A DNA stretch of 64,000 nucleotides from Dehalococcoidia bacterium (lineage in GTDB: Bacteria > Chloroflexota > Dehalococcoidia > Lucifugimonadales > UBA1123). Positions 21,101 through 29,220 of the stretch are shown here, in pieces; position 1 is the first letter of the stretch; each line of letters begins with the position of its first letter. The translations under genes and the position numbers were made by a program. The notes beneath the pieces were generated by a model. It was not told the DNA's origin and did no database searches. It worked only from the letters and a program-made list of their open reading frames with translations. The stretch lies in NCBI GenBank assembly GCA_965116415.1, contig OZ220693.1, forward strand, positions 2,488,806 to 2,552,805. Direction: 5' to 3'.

Positions 21101-22505
21101 CCCAGATGTGAGAGTTGTTGCGGAAGTCGGATCCGTCGAAGTTTACGACTCTGACCTCCTCTCCATCGACGTCTATGGTGCTATATGAAAAAGGACGGCG
21201 TTTGAACCAAGTCCTCTGGGCCTGGTTGCCCGCTGCGTTAACCCAAACGATCCCGGCTGCAACAGCGGTGTCCACGGTGTTCAGCGGACTGATAGACAGC
21301 GGAGAGGTTCCATCACCGGGCCCGTCGAACTCCCAGTGCATGGAGTGGTTGATAACCGATACACCCTCAGAAATCATCCAGTCCACGGTGGCCTTCAGAT
21401 CGCTCAAGGTATCCGGATCAGCTATGTACAGTGAAACATCAGGAGCGATGTCCATGACGGACTCCGCGACCCTCGTGCCGTGATTGCCCCCGTTTGCACA
21501 GTGCTCGAGGTCCTGTGAGTGCGCGCCAACCCACTGATAGCATCTTGCCTGTACTGTTGCTGGCACTTCGCTTCCCATGAGGTCGGCGAACCCGCTGAAC
21601 CCGGAGTCGATCACTCCCACCTTGATGCCCTGACCGGTGAATCCTGCCTGGTTCCAGGCCGGAGAACCGTGAACCCCGGAGCCATCTCCGGGGATTCCTG
21701 ACTGGCTCTGTGGGGCTTCCGGCGGCTGGATAACGCGGACTCGAAGCACCCCTGGCTGCTCCGAGGTTTCCGCCACTTTCAGGACCGGCACATAGGCTTC
21801 TATGTAGTCGTCTCCGGAGGCGATGTTGGAGCCGCCGTTGTTCTCGAGGAAAGACACCACGCCATCGACGTTACCTGATAGGTAGATGGTGACCGCTACC
21901 GAGTCTCCACGATGCAGGGGAGCCTCCTGAGCGGCGTCCTCTGCGGAGACTGCACCTGACTCGATCCTGGCGATCAGGTCGTCCAGCATTGATCCGACCT
22001 TGGGATGTTGAAGCTCAGTCTTTCCCCCCGAGAAAGTGAACTGGGTTGTTGGCCCTGCTGCGGGTGCTGGAGTGCCTGAGGCGGGCTGCTGGGCCACAGG
22101 TGTGGATACGGCCTGTGGAGGAGGTGTTGCTGTGGGCTGTGGGACTGCAACGGGCGCCGGAGTCGGCGTGAATGCAGGTGAAATCGCCTGTGCCGGGGTT
22201 GCTGCTGGCGCCGGGGGAGGCACGGCTGTTGGATACGGGGTGGCCGTCGGATACGGAGTCGCGGTGGGATACGGGGTGGCCGTCGGATATGCGGTGGCCT
22301 GGGGCTCGATTTCTATTTCTGAACGAGGTTCACCGGCGCCTGGCGACACGGTTAGAGGTGGCGTGATGCCGGGTGGCGCAGCCGGAGTTGGTTCCGTATC
22401 GCCAGTGAAAAGGCCGCAGGCCAGCATGACCCATATGGTCAGTCCCAGCAATAGAGTCCTGGCGATGGCACCGACTCCTGGGCGCAACACGCGGCCGCAG
22501 ATCAC
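15102..22505 (-). CDS. giant (2467 aa) surface lipoprotein: S8 subtilisin-like protease, FN3, Cys-capped LRR, cadherin-like beta-sandwich, 2 FN3, 7 CARDB-like repeats, cadherin/dystroglycan-like domain, FN3, C-terminal domain
   Basis: Lipobox VMLAC and (YPTATP)x4. S8 triad motifs VGVIDSGF (D300), GGNHGTRVAE (H342) and GTSQASPHVAG (S621). LRR consensus LxxLxLxxNxLTGxIPPELGxLxxL. CARDB-like unit APDLxVxTPTVS...TLNATVRNQGNG...TLRYYQS...GTYYYGACVDAV..E.DTTNNCS. Confidence 0.9.
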   Translation of the reverse strand: MICGRVLRPGVGAIARTLLLGLTIWVMLACGLFTGDTEPTPAAPPGITPPLTVSPGAGEPRSEIEIEPQATAYPTATPYPTATPYPTATPYPTAVPPPAPAATPAQAISPAFTPTPAPVAVPQPTATPPPQAVSTPVAQQPASGTPAPAAGPTTQFTFSGGKTELQHPKVGSMLDDLIARIESGAVSAEDAAQEAPLHRGDSVAVTIYLSGNVDGVVSFLENNGGSNIASGDDYIEAYVPVLKVAETSEQPGVLRVRVIQPPEAPQSQSGIPGDGSGVHGSPAWNQAGFTGQGIKVGVIDSGFSGFADLMGSEVPATVQARCYQWVGAHSQDLEHCANGGNHGTRVAESVMDIAPDVSLYIADPDTLSDLKATVDWMISEGVSVINHSMHWEFDGPGDGTSPLSISPLNTVDTAVAAGIVWVNAAGNQAQRTWFKRRPFSYSTIDVDGEEVRVVNFDGSDFRNNSHIWGRLVLRWDDTWGGADRNLDLLLARPGTGDVVLFSTDPQSGENWHNPYETVITGTRSDILIAHVGGSEPDWIQLLGWGGTSLNFNTPETGSIVNPAESANPGMLAVGAAHWNDVNTMESYSSRGPTPDGRIKPDLVGADCGETASSSRPFCGTSQASPHVAGLAALVRQRFPDYTPAQVVSYLKDNAQQRESTDPNNTWGHGFIVLPPNPPQLLGSPSVVSVTPGVNALTVAWNAPTSDGGSAVTSYDLRHIDISTDDTVDANWTIVEDVWTSGSGALSYELTGLRAGTEYGIQMRAVNSTEDGPWSATGTGTPTVAETPCSTGGAVIDPHDNLALLADCDILLAVRDTLAGSGTLNWSSSTPITDWDGIIMGGTPQRVTLLYLPNRGLSGTLPPELGELNGLEQLTLLDNELTGSIPPELADLSRLNQIFLGINQLTGTIPPELSGLSNLQGLELYDNNLHGTIPPELGSLSRLEALHLDTNQLTGPIPPELGNLTNLRWLTLHDNQLTGEIPAGLGRLTNLEQVWLAGNRFTGCVPAELRSVASTDRSHRLKEIEIPYCDVLLSGLSITPADLRPGFDSYVTGYTAAATASSITVSAASRHNATFQYLDQNDGVLADADGAQAGHQVDVPAGVVTTIQIKVATSDGLDSRVYTIEVTGLGGLSAPSIRQITSGHSSLTVSWRAPTQTGGSEITAYDLRHIRSDATSKADSNWTVVQDVWTGSGALSYELANLQGGVQYDIQVRAVNATGDGPWSATVTQTARGMAPGAPTSLAATANGQTQIDLSWSAPQNTGGSAITGYRIEVSPDGSSWSDLVADSRSSATTHSHTGLTASSTRHYRVSAINSEGTGPTSNVASATTGAATAPDLVVNTPTVDTSAPTAGASFTLNATVRNQGNGAADSTTLRYYQSSDSTITTSDTEVGADSVFGLSASRAGNESVSLTAPSTPGTYYYGACVDAVTGETDTTNNCSSAVTVTVGAAPAPDLAVDTPTVSESAPTAGSRITLSATVRNQGNGRSDSTTLRYYQSTDATITTGDTSVGRDSMFGLSASRAGNQSINLTAPSTPGTYYYGACVDAVTGESDTTNNCSSAVTVTVGAAPAPDLAVDTPTVSDNAPTAGARITLNAMVRNQGNGRSDSTTLRYYQSTDSTITTSDTAVGTDSVSSLNASRSGNEWINLTAPSTPGTYYYGACVDAVTGESDTTNNCSTAVTVTVGAAPAPDLAVDTPTVSDNAPTAGARITLNAMVRNQGNGRSDSTTLRYYQSTDTTITTGDTSVGTDSVFGLSASRAGNESINLTAPSTPGTYYYGACVDAVSDESDTTNNCSSAVTVTVGAVPSPDLVVDTPTVSESAPTAGSRITLNATVRNQGNGRSDATTLRYYQSSDSTITSSDTEVGTDPVSGLNASGSGNESINLTAPSTPGTYYYGACVDAVTDETDTTNNCSSAVTVTVGAPPSPDLVVNTPTVSDSAPAAGASITLNATVRNQGNGRSDSTTLRYYQSTDSTITTGDTEVDTDYVSRIDASESGDESARLTAPSSAGTYYYGACVDAVTGETDTTNNCSSAVTVTVGGSSAPDLIVSTFTVGNSNPVPRQYFALNVTVMNRGNGSSSPTTLHYYRSTDATITSSDSEVPTAGTSGYLSVNGLSPSGSEDKSARTSAPPALGTYYYGVCVETVTGESDTTNNCSSAVTVTVDRTNRPPELTGNVDDMTVELGESFTVDLSGLFTDPDGDGITSYGFRYRTEGILTGTVNTNTGVLSLRAITLGETIVAVDAGDSNGASGASEDLFKVTVIATQSATKPGPPTNLTATADGQTEIDLSWTAPSSDGGASIAGYKIEVSTDNSSWSDLVANTGSTATSYSHTGLTAGSTRYYRVSAINSAGTGPSSNVASATTDSPPTTTSPPATTTPQEPATDTVTGSISECSGELRSNLSGIYDVTITGALTASKAVRHVRVEGYVDGNIVGAESIGDMAVGETVTFAITGIVLSTPTGCEIEYTWLE
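16026..18509 (-). repeat. seven tandem coding repeats (six at exactly 354 bp/118 aa plus one divergent unit of about 360 bp), CARDB-like domains
   Basis: Antisense mini-ORFs in the ORF track recur at 16621, 16975, 17329, 17683, 18037 and 18391 (354-bp spacing). Units 3 and 4 are nearly identical at protein level. Confidence 0.9.
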
Positions 22506-22646
22506 GCAGCATCCTCCCGAGCGTACGTTGTCTGAAGAGACAACCTACCAATGGCCCGCATTCTACAGAGATAAACTGGCTTTGACACTGATTATTCACA
22601 CGAGTTGAAGCCCTGGGCCCCATTAAGTAACGTGCGTCAAGACTCA

Positions 22647-22664
22647 GTCACGTGACTGTCACGT
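22647..22664. promoter_or_regulatory. perfect 10-bp palindrome GTCACGTGAC followed by a second GTCACGT in the divergent intergenic region
   Basis: The sequence agTCACGTGACtGTCACGTac was read directly. CACGTGAC recurs at 22732-22739. It lies between the giant-protein gene and the orphan kinase gene. Confidence 0.2.
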
Positions 22665-22883
22665 ACTCGAGGTGGAATTCACGGTGACCATGCGCTCCGA
22701 CAGGCTTGCGACATTCGGCCCCCAGACGAACCACGTGACTCTCACAGCGCCAACATTGCGATGCCGGAGGAGAGTTCGTAAGGTTCTTCTGTACCCGTCA
22801 GATGCGGTGTTTCCGTACCTGCCGGCCGCGTACAACCCAAGCTACCATGACAGCGGAGCGGCGCATGTCGCAGGAGGCGGGAC

Positions 22884-24116
22884 ATGAACTACGTCGAGGC
22901 GATTCCACGCAACCCCTTTGGACGGTTCGGTCATGGGTATGACCAGAGCGACCCAGACGACTTCCGCTTCAGTATGAGGATAGCCGTGTGGGTGCGTTGG
23001 TTCCTGGTGCTCGCATGGCTGACTCAGCACAACTACAGGGTGAGTTTCGATCACCCCGCGTATGTAGCCCACACTGTGTTGGCGGTGCTGCTGCTGGCCC
23101 TCAATGCCTACGTTCACTACCGGATCGAGACGGGAAAGACCCTGACATGGCGCTGGGGTCTTTCGCTCAGTACGCTGGACATGGTGTTGCTTACGGGTGG
23201 GCTCGCGATCTCAGGGGGATTTGGGAACACCTTCTTCGTTCTCTACTACGCCACCCTGGCAATGTTCGCTGTTGTCTTCACATCCCTCAGGGTCAGCTTT
23301 GCAGGTGTGACAGTGACCGCTGGCGTGTATGCAGCCCTGAGCCTGATGGTGGATCCTGGCATCGACTTTTCCATAGAGCAGGAAAAGGTCCTGTTCATGA
23401 GGATTGTCGTTATGTATGCGGTTGTGGCGGCGGTCAGCCTGGTGTCGAGATTCGAGAGGTACAGGCGAAGAGAGGCGGTGGAGCGGGAGAGGGAACTACA
23501 GAGAGAGCGGATCGAACTCTCACAGACCATTCATGACACGATAGCCCAGTCAACCTACGTGATTGGACTCGGCCTGGAGACCGCGATCGACCTTGCGAGG
23601 GAACACAAGGAACACGCTCTCGATGACCTCCTGTCAAAGCTGGATGCCACCCATGCACTTGCCAGATCCACCATGTGGGAGCTAAGACATCAGATCGACA
23701 TCGGTCCAATCTTCGAGGGTCGGGAGCTGAACAGGGTATTGCGTTCTCACACTTCAACCTTCGCCACGATCACCTCGATTCCAACGGAATTTGTCCAATC
23801 CGGCGAGGAGCCACCACTCCCTCTAACCACGAGGCGGCTGCTCTTCTCGATCGCTCATAACGGTCTGACGAACGCTCTCCGTCACGCCAGTGCCACAAAG
23901 ATAGTGATCTCTCTGGAATTTCAGGGAGACAGGCTGCGAATGTCGATAGCCGACGACGGTATTGGGCTCTCAGGCGAATACGAGGACAGTGGTCGAGGCA
24001 TCAGCAACATGAGAACAGACGCAGAGCGCCTCGGCGGTATCCTGGAAGTTGGCCCTGACAGGTTCGGACGGGGCACCACCGTGACCACCACGATTCCAGT
24101 GAAAGTTGAATCGTGA
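22884..24116 (+). CDS. membrane sensor histidine kinase (HisKA_3/NarL-partner type), no adjacent response regulator
   Basis: AGGAGG lies 7 nt upstream of the start. About 5 TM segments. H-box TIHDTIAQ. ATPase motifs HNGLTNALRHA and DDGIGL. Confidence 0.85.
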   Translation: MNYVEAIPRNPFGRFGHGYDQSDPDDFRFSMRIAVWVRWFLVLAWLTQHNYRVSFDHPAYVAHTVLAVLLLALNAYVHYRIETGKTLTWRWGLSLSTLDMVLLTGGLAISGGFGNTFFVLYYATLAMFAVVFTSLRVSFAGVTVTAGVYAALSLMVDPGIDFSIEQEKVLFMRIVVMYAVVAAVSLVSRFERYRRREAVERERELQRERIELSQTIHDTIAQSTYVIGLGLETAIDLAREHKEHALDDLLSKLDATHALARSTMWELRHQIDIGPIFEGRELNRVLRSHTSTFATITSIPTEFVQSGEEPPLPLTTRRLLFSIAHNGLTNALRHASATKIVISLEFQGDRLRMSIADDGIGLSGEYEDSGRGISNMRTDAERLGGILEVGPDRFGRGTTVTTTIPVKVES

Positions 24117-24417
24117 TGGCGTATGCGGGGCCTGTCCTGCCATGGAGCCGCCCGCATACGGATAGTCCCAGGAAGTGGTCGGACACAGGGATGAGTGGGA
24201 CACAACGGCAGCACTTCGACCCACAGCGATATGGTGTCTACGAGTTGCGCCCGCGGGAAAACCCGGCAGCCCAACTTTGTAGTAGTATGAAAGGCAGGCC
24301 GAATTCATCGTGGCATTCACATCCACAGGGTAGCGCGAAAGATCCCCTCTCTCCACCGGCACGGGGACAAGTTTTGCAGGGATGTCCGGTAAGGAGTCAA
24401 GAACAGAAAGCGTGACC

Positions 24418-25542
24418 ATGCAAATCGGGATGTTCTATCAGATGCAGGTCCCGAGGCCGTCATCCCGCTCCTACGAGGCTGACCGGTTCCTGGAAATGCT
24501 TGACCAGGTGGCCTACGCTGAAGGGATGGGCCTGACCAGCGTCTGGATGGCCGACCACCAGTTCCGCACCGAGTGGTCCCACTCCAGCGCCCCCGACGTA
24601 ACCCTTGGCGCATTGAGCCAGCGCACCAGCCGGATGCGTCTGGGCATCGCCGTGGTGGTGCCCCCGGTGCAGCACCCTCTCCACATCGCGGCCCGCACCG
24701 CCACCCTGGACATTCTCAGCAAGGGAAGGGTTGACCTGGGCGTGGGCCGCTCCGGCTACCCCTACCAGATGGCCGCTTTCGGTACAGACCTGGAAGACGC
24801 CACCGGAATGGTGGACGAGGCCCTGGAAATCATCCCGCGGGCATGGACCGAGGGAGAGTTCACCTACGAGGGCAACCACTACAAGATTCCCTTGCGCGAG
24901 GTCCACCCCAAGCCGGCACAGCAGCCCCATCCGCCCATCTGGCTCGGTTGCAGCCAGGAAGACACGTTCAGGAAGGCGGGACTCATGGGTTTGGGCTGCC
25001 TGGCAATGGCCGGCGGCGGAGCTACAGGATTGGCTCCTCTCGTGCAAGCCTACCGGGGCGGCATCCGGAACGCTAGTCCGACCACCGGGGTCGTCCACAA
25101 CCGCGTCGCTGTAAGCACCGTGGCCATCTGCGGGGAGTCGCGCAAGAAGGTGCAGGAACGCTCCGCCGAATTGATCGACTGGTACCGCCATCAGCAGGCT
25201 CTCAGGGACGTCCGCGTGTGGAGCGAACAGGACCCGTCCCGCGTTCCCGAAGACTACCAGTGGCACTACACCCGCTCCACCGCGACCGACTCTCCAAAGC
25301 GCGAGGAAACATCATCCCTCGACCAGATAAGAAGTGGACGCTACTGCATCGGCGACCCCGACGACTGTATCCGCTACCTGGAAGCCTATGCCGAGGCCGG
25401 TGTGGACGAGGTCATGCCCCTGTTTCAAGTGGGCGGCATATTCCATGAGGAAGTGATGGATACGCTGCGTCTCTTCGGCAAGCACGTCATCCCCCACTTC
25501 AACGCCAAGGCAAGTTCGTCCTCCGGTAGCCCTGCAAGATAG
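24418..25542 (+). CDS. LLM-class (luciferase-like) flavin-dependent oxidoreductase
   Basis: MQIGMFYQMQVP..., ...WMADHQF..., RVDLGVGRSGYPYQ. The ORF extends to 24382 and the start is uncertain (24382, 24412 or 24418). Confidence 0.8.
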   Translation: MQIGMFYQMQVPRPSSRSYEADRFLEMLDQVAYAEGMGLTSVWMADHQFRTEWSHSSAPDVTLGALSQRTSRMRLGIAVVVPPVQHPLHIAARTATLDILSKGRVDLGVGRSGYPYQMAAFGTDLEDATGMVDEALEIIPRAWTEGEFTYEGNHYKIPLREVHPKPAQQPHPPIWLGCSQEDTFRKAGLMGLGCLAMAGGGATGLAPLVQAYRGGIRNASPTTGVVHNRVAVSTVAICGESRKKVQERSAELIDWYRHQQALRDVRVWSEQDPSRVPEDYQWHYTRSTATDSPKREETSSLDQIRSGRYCIGDPDDCIRYLEAYAEAGVDEVMPLFQVGGIFHEEVMDTLRLFGKHVIPHFNAKASSSSGSPAR

Positions 25543-25988
25543 GTGATCCTATTCCCTGGTCTGACTATTGTTCCAGTGTCAGAAGGTGAACCCCCTGCCG
25601 TAGGCTTGCCAAGCTCCTCGAGTGTCTCTCCATATACGCTGACATCGTACTCAAAGTACGATTCGATCACTCTCAGCCCCTTGTAACCGACCTATGCCGC
25701 GACCTAACGCCTGGGGACTCGGGAATTCATCCTGTCCTTCGCTCAGTGTCGCAGCTGCGGGTACGGGGGAAGCATTGCCCCCTAGCTAGCCTGCACCTGA
25801 ACTGGTCTCGATATCTCGCTGCGTGACTGTAGAGGCCGTCTGATCCACGTCAACCATTTTGACCGCCTGTTGCCTCACTGACGAATGTTACCGAGCATTC
25901 AGCGGCTTCTAATCGACGCCCACAGGCCCAATGTCAACCGGTCGCGCCTGGATGGTGCTCAGACTGCGTTGTAGACGGCGAAATAGCG

Positions 25989-26042
25989 CATGTTCACAAC
26001 ATGTCCACACAAATCCCATGAAACCCACATGTTAGTTCATGG
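25989..26042. promoter_or_regulatory. cluster of CATG-centred inverted repeats in a long non-coding region
   Basis: CATGTTcacAACATG at 25989-26003. CCATGAA(N13)TTCATGG at 26016-26042. ACATGT occurs twice. The stretch is locally AT-richer. Confidence 0.15.
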
Positions 26043-26299
26043 CAATCCCATATTGCCCCTGTAACTTGATGTGCTGATGGGATGGCCGATTCTAGGCGCC
26101 AGAAGGCGCGGGTCCGGTCTGCGCGTCCGCACCAATGACGATCCGGCTGCCGCGCCGGATGGTGCCTTCGATCCAGTTCGCCACGCCGAGCGAATGTATT
26201 GGACATGGGAAAACAGGACTTTGGACAGTCGGGGGACGGCGTTCCCGAAGGATCCATTCGTTCAGCGCAATTGCGTGCGCCATGCAGGGAGAAGTGGCA

Positions 26300-27910
26300 A
26301 TGATTGGTCGAATTAACGACATAGACACGAATGGGTGCGAAGTGCGAACAGGCGCCCGGGATGGAAAGTCGCCGGGCCTGAGCGTCTCTCTACGGTGGCT
26401 GTGCCTTCGATTGTCGCTCGCCGGTCTCGTCATTGGATTGGCAGTACAGTTCGCCTTGCCGATCCTAAGCCCGACGGGCACGGCTCTGGCCCAAGACCAG
26501 AATACGCCAACGGTCGTTCCCCTGGGGTGGCCCCTCATTCCTGCAGGGTTGGGCCAAGGCGAACAGTTCCGCCTGCTGGCCAAGACGAAGAATCCCCTCG
26601 CGTCCTCGACCTCGACGAATATTGCCGACTACAACGATCATGTGCAGTATCAGGTCCGGAACAGGGGACACCTTTCCATCCAGGGCTACGCCGATGAGTT
26701 CATGGTGCTGGGGTCTACCGCTGCGGTGAATGTGCGAACCAACACAGGAACCACGGGGAGTGACGGTGTCCCGATCTATTGGCTGAACGGTGCGAAGGTA
26801 GCGGACTCCTACGGCGACTTCTACGACGGGACGTGGAGCAATAAGTACAGCGGGAGAGGCGTTGCGGGCGATCTGATTGAGGGAAGCCGCGCCTCGGGGC
26901 GACAACTGCTCTGCACCGGGACTGCGGACGACGGCACGACGACGAATCTTCCCCTCGGAGGTGGCGACCCGGACGGCGATGGGACCTCTGAGTGTACGGC
27001 GACGTCTATTGCCATCACTTCTAGCACCCTTGGCGGTGATGTAGTGAATGTCGCAGGTAGAGCCCGCTATTTGGCTCTGTCAAACGTCTTTGAGGTCGGA
27101 GTTGCCACCGTTGCGACAATCGAGGATGTATCGATCACATCCGATGCCGGCAGCGACAGGGAGTACGAGGATGGGGACGTTATCGAGATCACCACGACGT
27201 TCTCTGAGGCCGTCACGGTTACGGGCATACCCCGGATGCGGTTCAGGGTCGACCACCACAACGGCAGACGTCTGGTAGAGCGCAACAGAAAGGCCCAATA
27301 TGACGCTGACGCAAGCACGTCGACCGAGCTGGTGTTCACCTACACGGTAAGGTCAAACGACTTCGACAGGGACGGGATACGGGTGAAGAAGGACAGCCTG
27401 CTCCTCGATGGCGGGACGATCAGGAACACGTCGGACGATACTGACGCGGATCTGGCGCACGGCGCGGTCGGAATCCAAGCCGACCACAGGATACACGCGC
27501 GTGCTAAGGCCACCGGAGTGAGCGTGGTCTCGACCCCGAATGAAGGGATGAGCTATGAGACCGGGGAGACCATAACCATCCAGGTTACCTTCGACAAGGA
27601 CGTGCAGGTAATCACGGACAACGGGACACCCGTCTATATGTTGCATTTCTTTGGCGAACTCGGAGGAGGGTCCACGGTGCATCATGCTGAGTATGCGCGT
27701 GTCGTGGAGGGAAACAAGGTCCAGTTTGACTACGAGGTACAGGAGGACGATCGTGCCTCCAGTGGAATTGGAGCAATGAACCCGGCCATCACATGGAACA
27801 GAGGCATCATCACTCTGACGGACGTGGATGCCAGTATCGCATTGGCGGTGCGCGCCGATGTCATGGGCACTTACTTACTCCGCCAGGAGGAGCACAAAGT
27901 AAATCAATAG
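26300..27910 (+). CDS. secreted protein of unknown function (N-terminal domain plus two beta-sandwich-like repeats of about 125 aa)
   Basis: ORF 26135..27910. In-frame ATGs at 26282 and 26300 precede the signal-like LRWLCLRLSLAGLVIGLAVQFALPILSPTGTALA. Repeat pattern Y(E)xG(D/E)xIxIxxTFxxxVxV...LxFxYxVxxxDxDxDGI. Confidence 0.5.
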   Translation: MIGRINDIDTNGCEVRTGARDGKSPGLSVSLRWLCLRLSLAGLVIGLAVQFALPILSPTGTALAQDQNTPTVVPLGWPLIPAGLGQGEQFRLLAKTKNPLASSTSTNIADYNDHVQYQVRNRGHLSIQGYADEFMVLGSTAAVNVRTNTGTTGSDGVPIYWLNGAKVADSYGDFYDGTWSNKYSGRGVAGDLIEGSRASGRQLLCTGTADDGTTTNLPLGGGDPDGDGTSECTATSIAITSSTLGGDVVNVAGRARYLALSNVFEVGVATVATIEDVSITSDAGSDREYEDGDVIEITTTFSEAVTVTGIPRMRFRVDHHNGRRLVERNRKAQYDADASTSTELVFTYTVRSNDFDRDGIRVKKDSLLLDGGTIRNTSDDTDADLAHGAVGIQADHRIHARAKATGVSVVSTPNEGMSYETGETITIQVTFDKDVQVITDNGTPVYMLHFFGELGGGSTVHHAEYARVVEGNKVQFDYEVQEDDRASSGIGAMNPAITWNRGIITLTDVDASIALAVRADVMGTYLLRQEEHKVNQ

Positions 27911-27918
27911 TGTAGCTT

Positions 27919-27960
27919 CGTGCATAATTCGATCTCGCACCTTCCGATTATGCACGGTTT
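27919..27960 (+). terminator. putative intrinsic terminator hairpin
   Basis: CGTGCATAAT (27919-27928) pairs perfectly with ATTATGCACG (27947-27956), with an 18-nt loop, followed by GTTTG. It starts 9 nt after the stop codon. Confidence 0.4.
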
Positions 27961-28123
27961 GCCTTATCGCTGCTGTCGCGGGTGTTTCGCCAAGAAGTCG
28001 TCGGCCATATGGTACCCCACTCGGGGGATATGACGAACGTCTATAGTGATTGTCCAGCCTGGGAATTTAGCCAAATCTCCCCGTGTTAGTATCTGTCGGA
28101 GCAGCATTGCCGAGGTGGACAGA

Positions 28124-29140
28124 ATGGTTTTGAAAGGCGAAGACTGGCTGGCATTGACCGCAGAAGAGACCCTGGAGCCGGACATCCCGATTTGCGATCC
28201 GCACCACCACTTCTGGGTGTCCCGCCCGGAGCCTCCCGCTTACCAGCGATACCTTCTGCCGGAACTGGCTGCGGACGTGAGCAGCGGCCACAATGTGCGC
28301 TCAACCGTGTTCATCGAGGTGCGGTGCGAATACCGTCAAAGCGGACCGGAAGAGATGCAGCCTGTTGGAGAGGTGGAGTACATCGAGACCATCGCGGCCG
28401 AGAGCGCCGCAGGCAGCCACGGTCCCACCAGGGCCGCCGCCGCAATCATCGGGCACGCCGACCTGAAACTCGGCGAGGCTGTGCGTCCGGTTCTGGAAGC
28501 CATGCAGGAGGCCAGTCCGGAGCGGTTCCGGGGTATCCGCCACTCGACCGGATGGGATGAAAGCCCCGAGCTTGTCAGGAGGGACATTCGAGGTGCTCTG
28601 TCCACTGACGGCTACCGGGCAGGGGCCAGGGTTATGGCCGATATGGGGCTGGTGCTGGAGAACTCTCTCTATCACCCCCAACTGTCCGAACTTGCCAGTT
28701 TCGCCCGCGCTGTTCCCGATTTGACCATCGTACTCAACCATATCGGCGGCCTGGTGCGCGTTGGCCCTTATGCCAACCGGGACGATGGGGTGCTGCCCGC
28801 GTGGAGACAGGGGGTCGCTGAGGTGGCGCAGTGTCCCAACGTCGTCCTCAAGCTGGGCGGCGTTGGCCAGGTGCGCTACGGCTACTACTGGCACGACCGC
28901 GAGACCCCTATTGGGTCCGAAGAGCTGGCGGGAACCCTCGGCCCGCTTATGAACTACTGCATCGAGCAGTTCGGGCCGGACCGCTGCATGTTTGAGAGCA
29001 ACTTCCCGGTGGACAAACCGTCCTATTCCTACAACGTTCTCTACAACGCTTTCAAACGGCTGTCTGCCGGCTACACTGCGAGCGAACGCGCCGCATTGTT
29101 CCACGACACGGCGGCACGAGTGTACAGCATCAGCGTCTGA
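28124..29140 (+). CDS. amidohydrolase-2 family metal-dependent hydrolase
   Basis: ICDPHHHFW near the N-terminus, LNHIGG, and ESNFPVD near the C-terminus. GAGGTGG precedes the ATG at 28124. The ORF extends to 28046. Confidence 0.8.
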   Translation: MVLKGEDWLALTAEETLEPDIPICDPHHHFWVSRPEPPAYQRYLLPELAADVSSGHNVRSTVFIEVRCEYRQSGPEEMQPVGEVEYIETIAAESAAGSHGPTRAAAAIIGHADLKLGEAVRPVLEAMQEASPERFRGIRHSTGWDESPELVRRDIRGALSTDGYRAGARVMADMGLVLENSLYHPQLSELASFARAVPDLTIVLNHIGGLVRVGPYANRDDGVLPAWRQGVAEVAQCPNVVLKLGGVGQVRYGYYWHDRETPIGSEELAGTLGPLMNYCIEQFGPDRCMFESNFPVDKPSYSYNVLYNAFKRLSAGYTASERAALFHDTAARVYSISV

Positions 29141-29220
29141 CGCCTTTTCAACCGCTTACTTGGCGGCGGCGTGAATGCTGGCATTGACACCGGCGTCTCT
29201 CCGATACTCTCTCCCCTGAT

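Noticed and set aside
25425-25670. 81-aa minus-strand ORF (MIESYFEYDVSVYGETLEELGKP...) as a small convergent gene
   Set aside because: It overlaps the 3' end of the LLM oxidoreductase gene by about 118 nt. It has no recognisable motif or ribosome-binding site. It could be a remnant but is not supportable as a gene.
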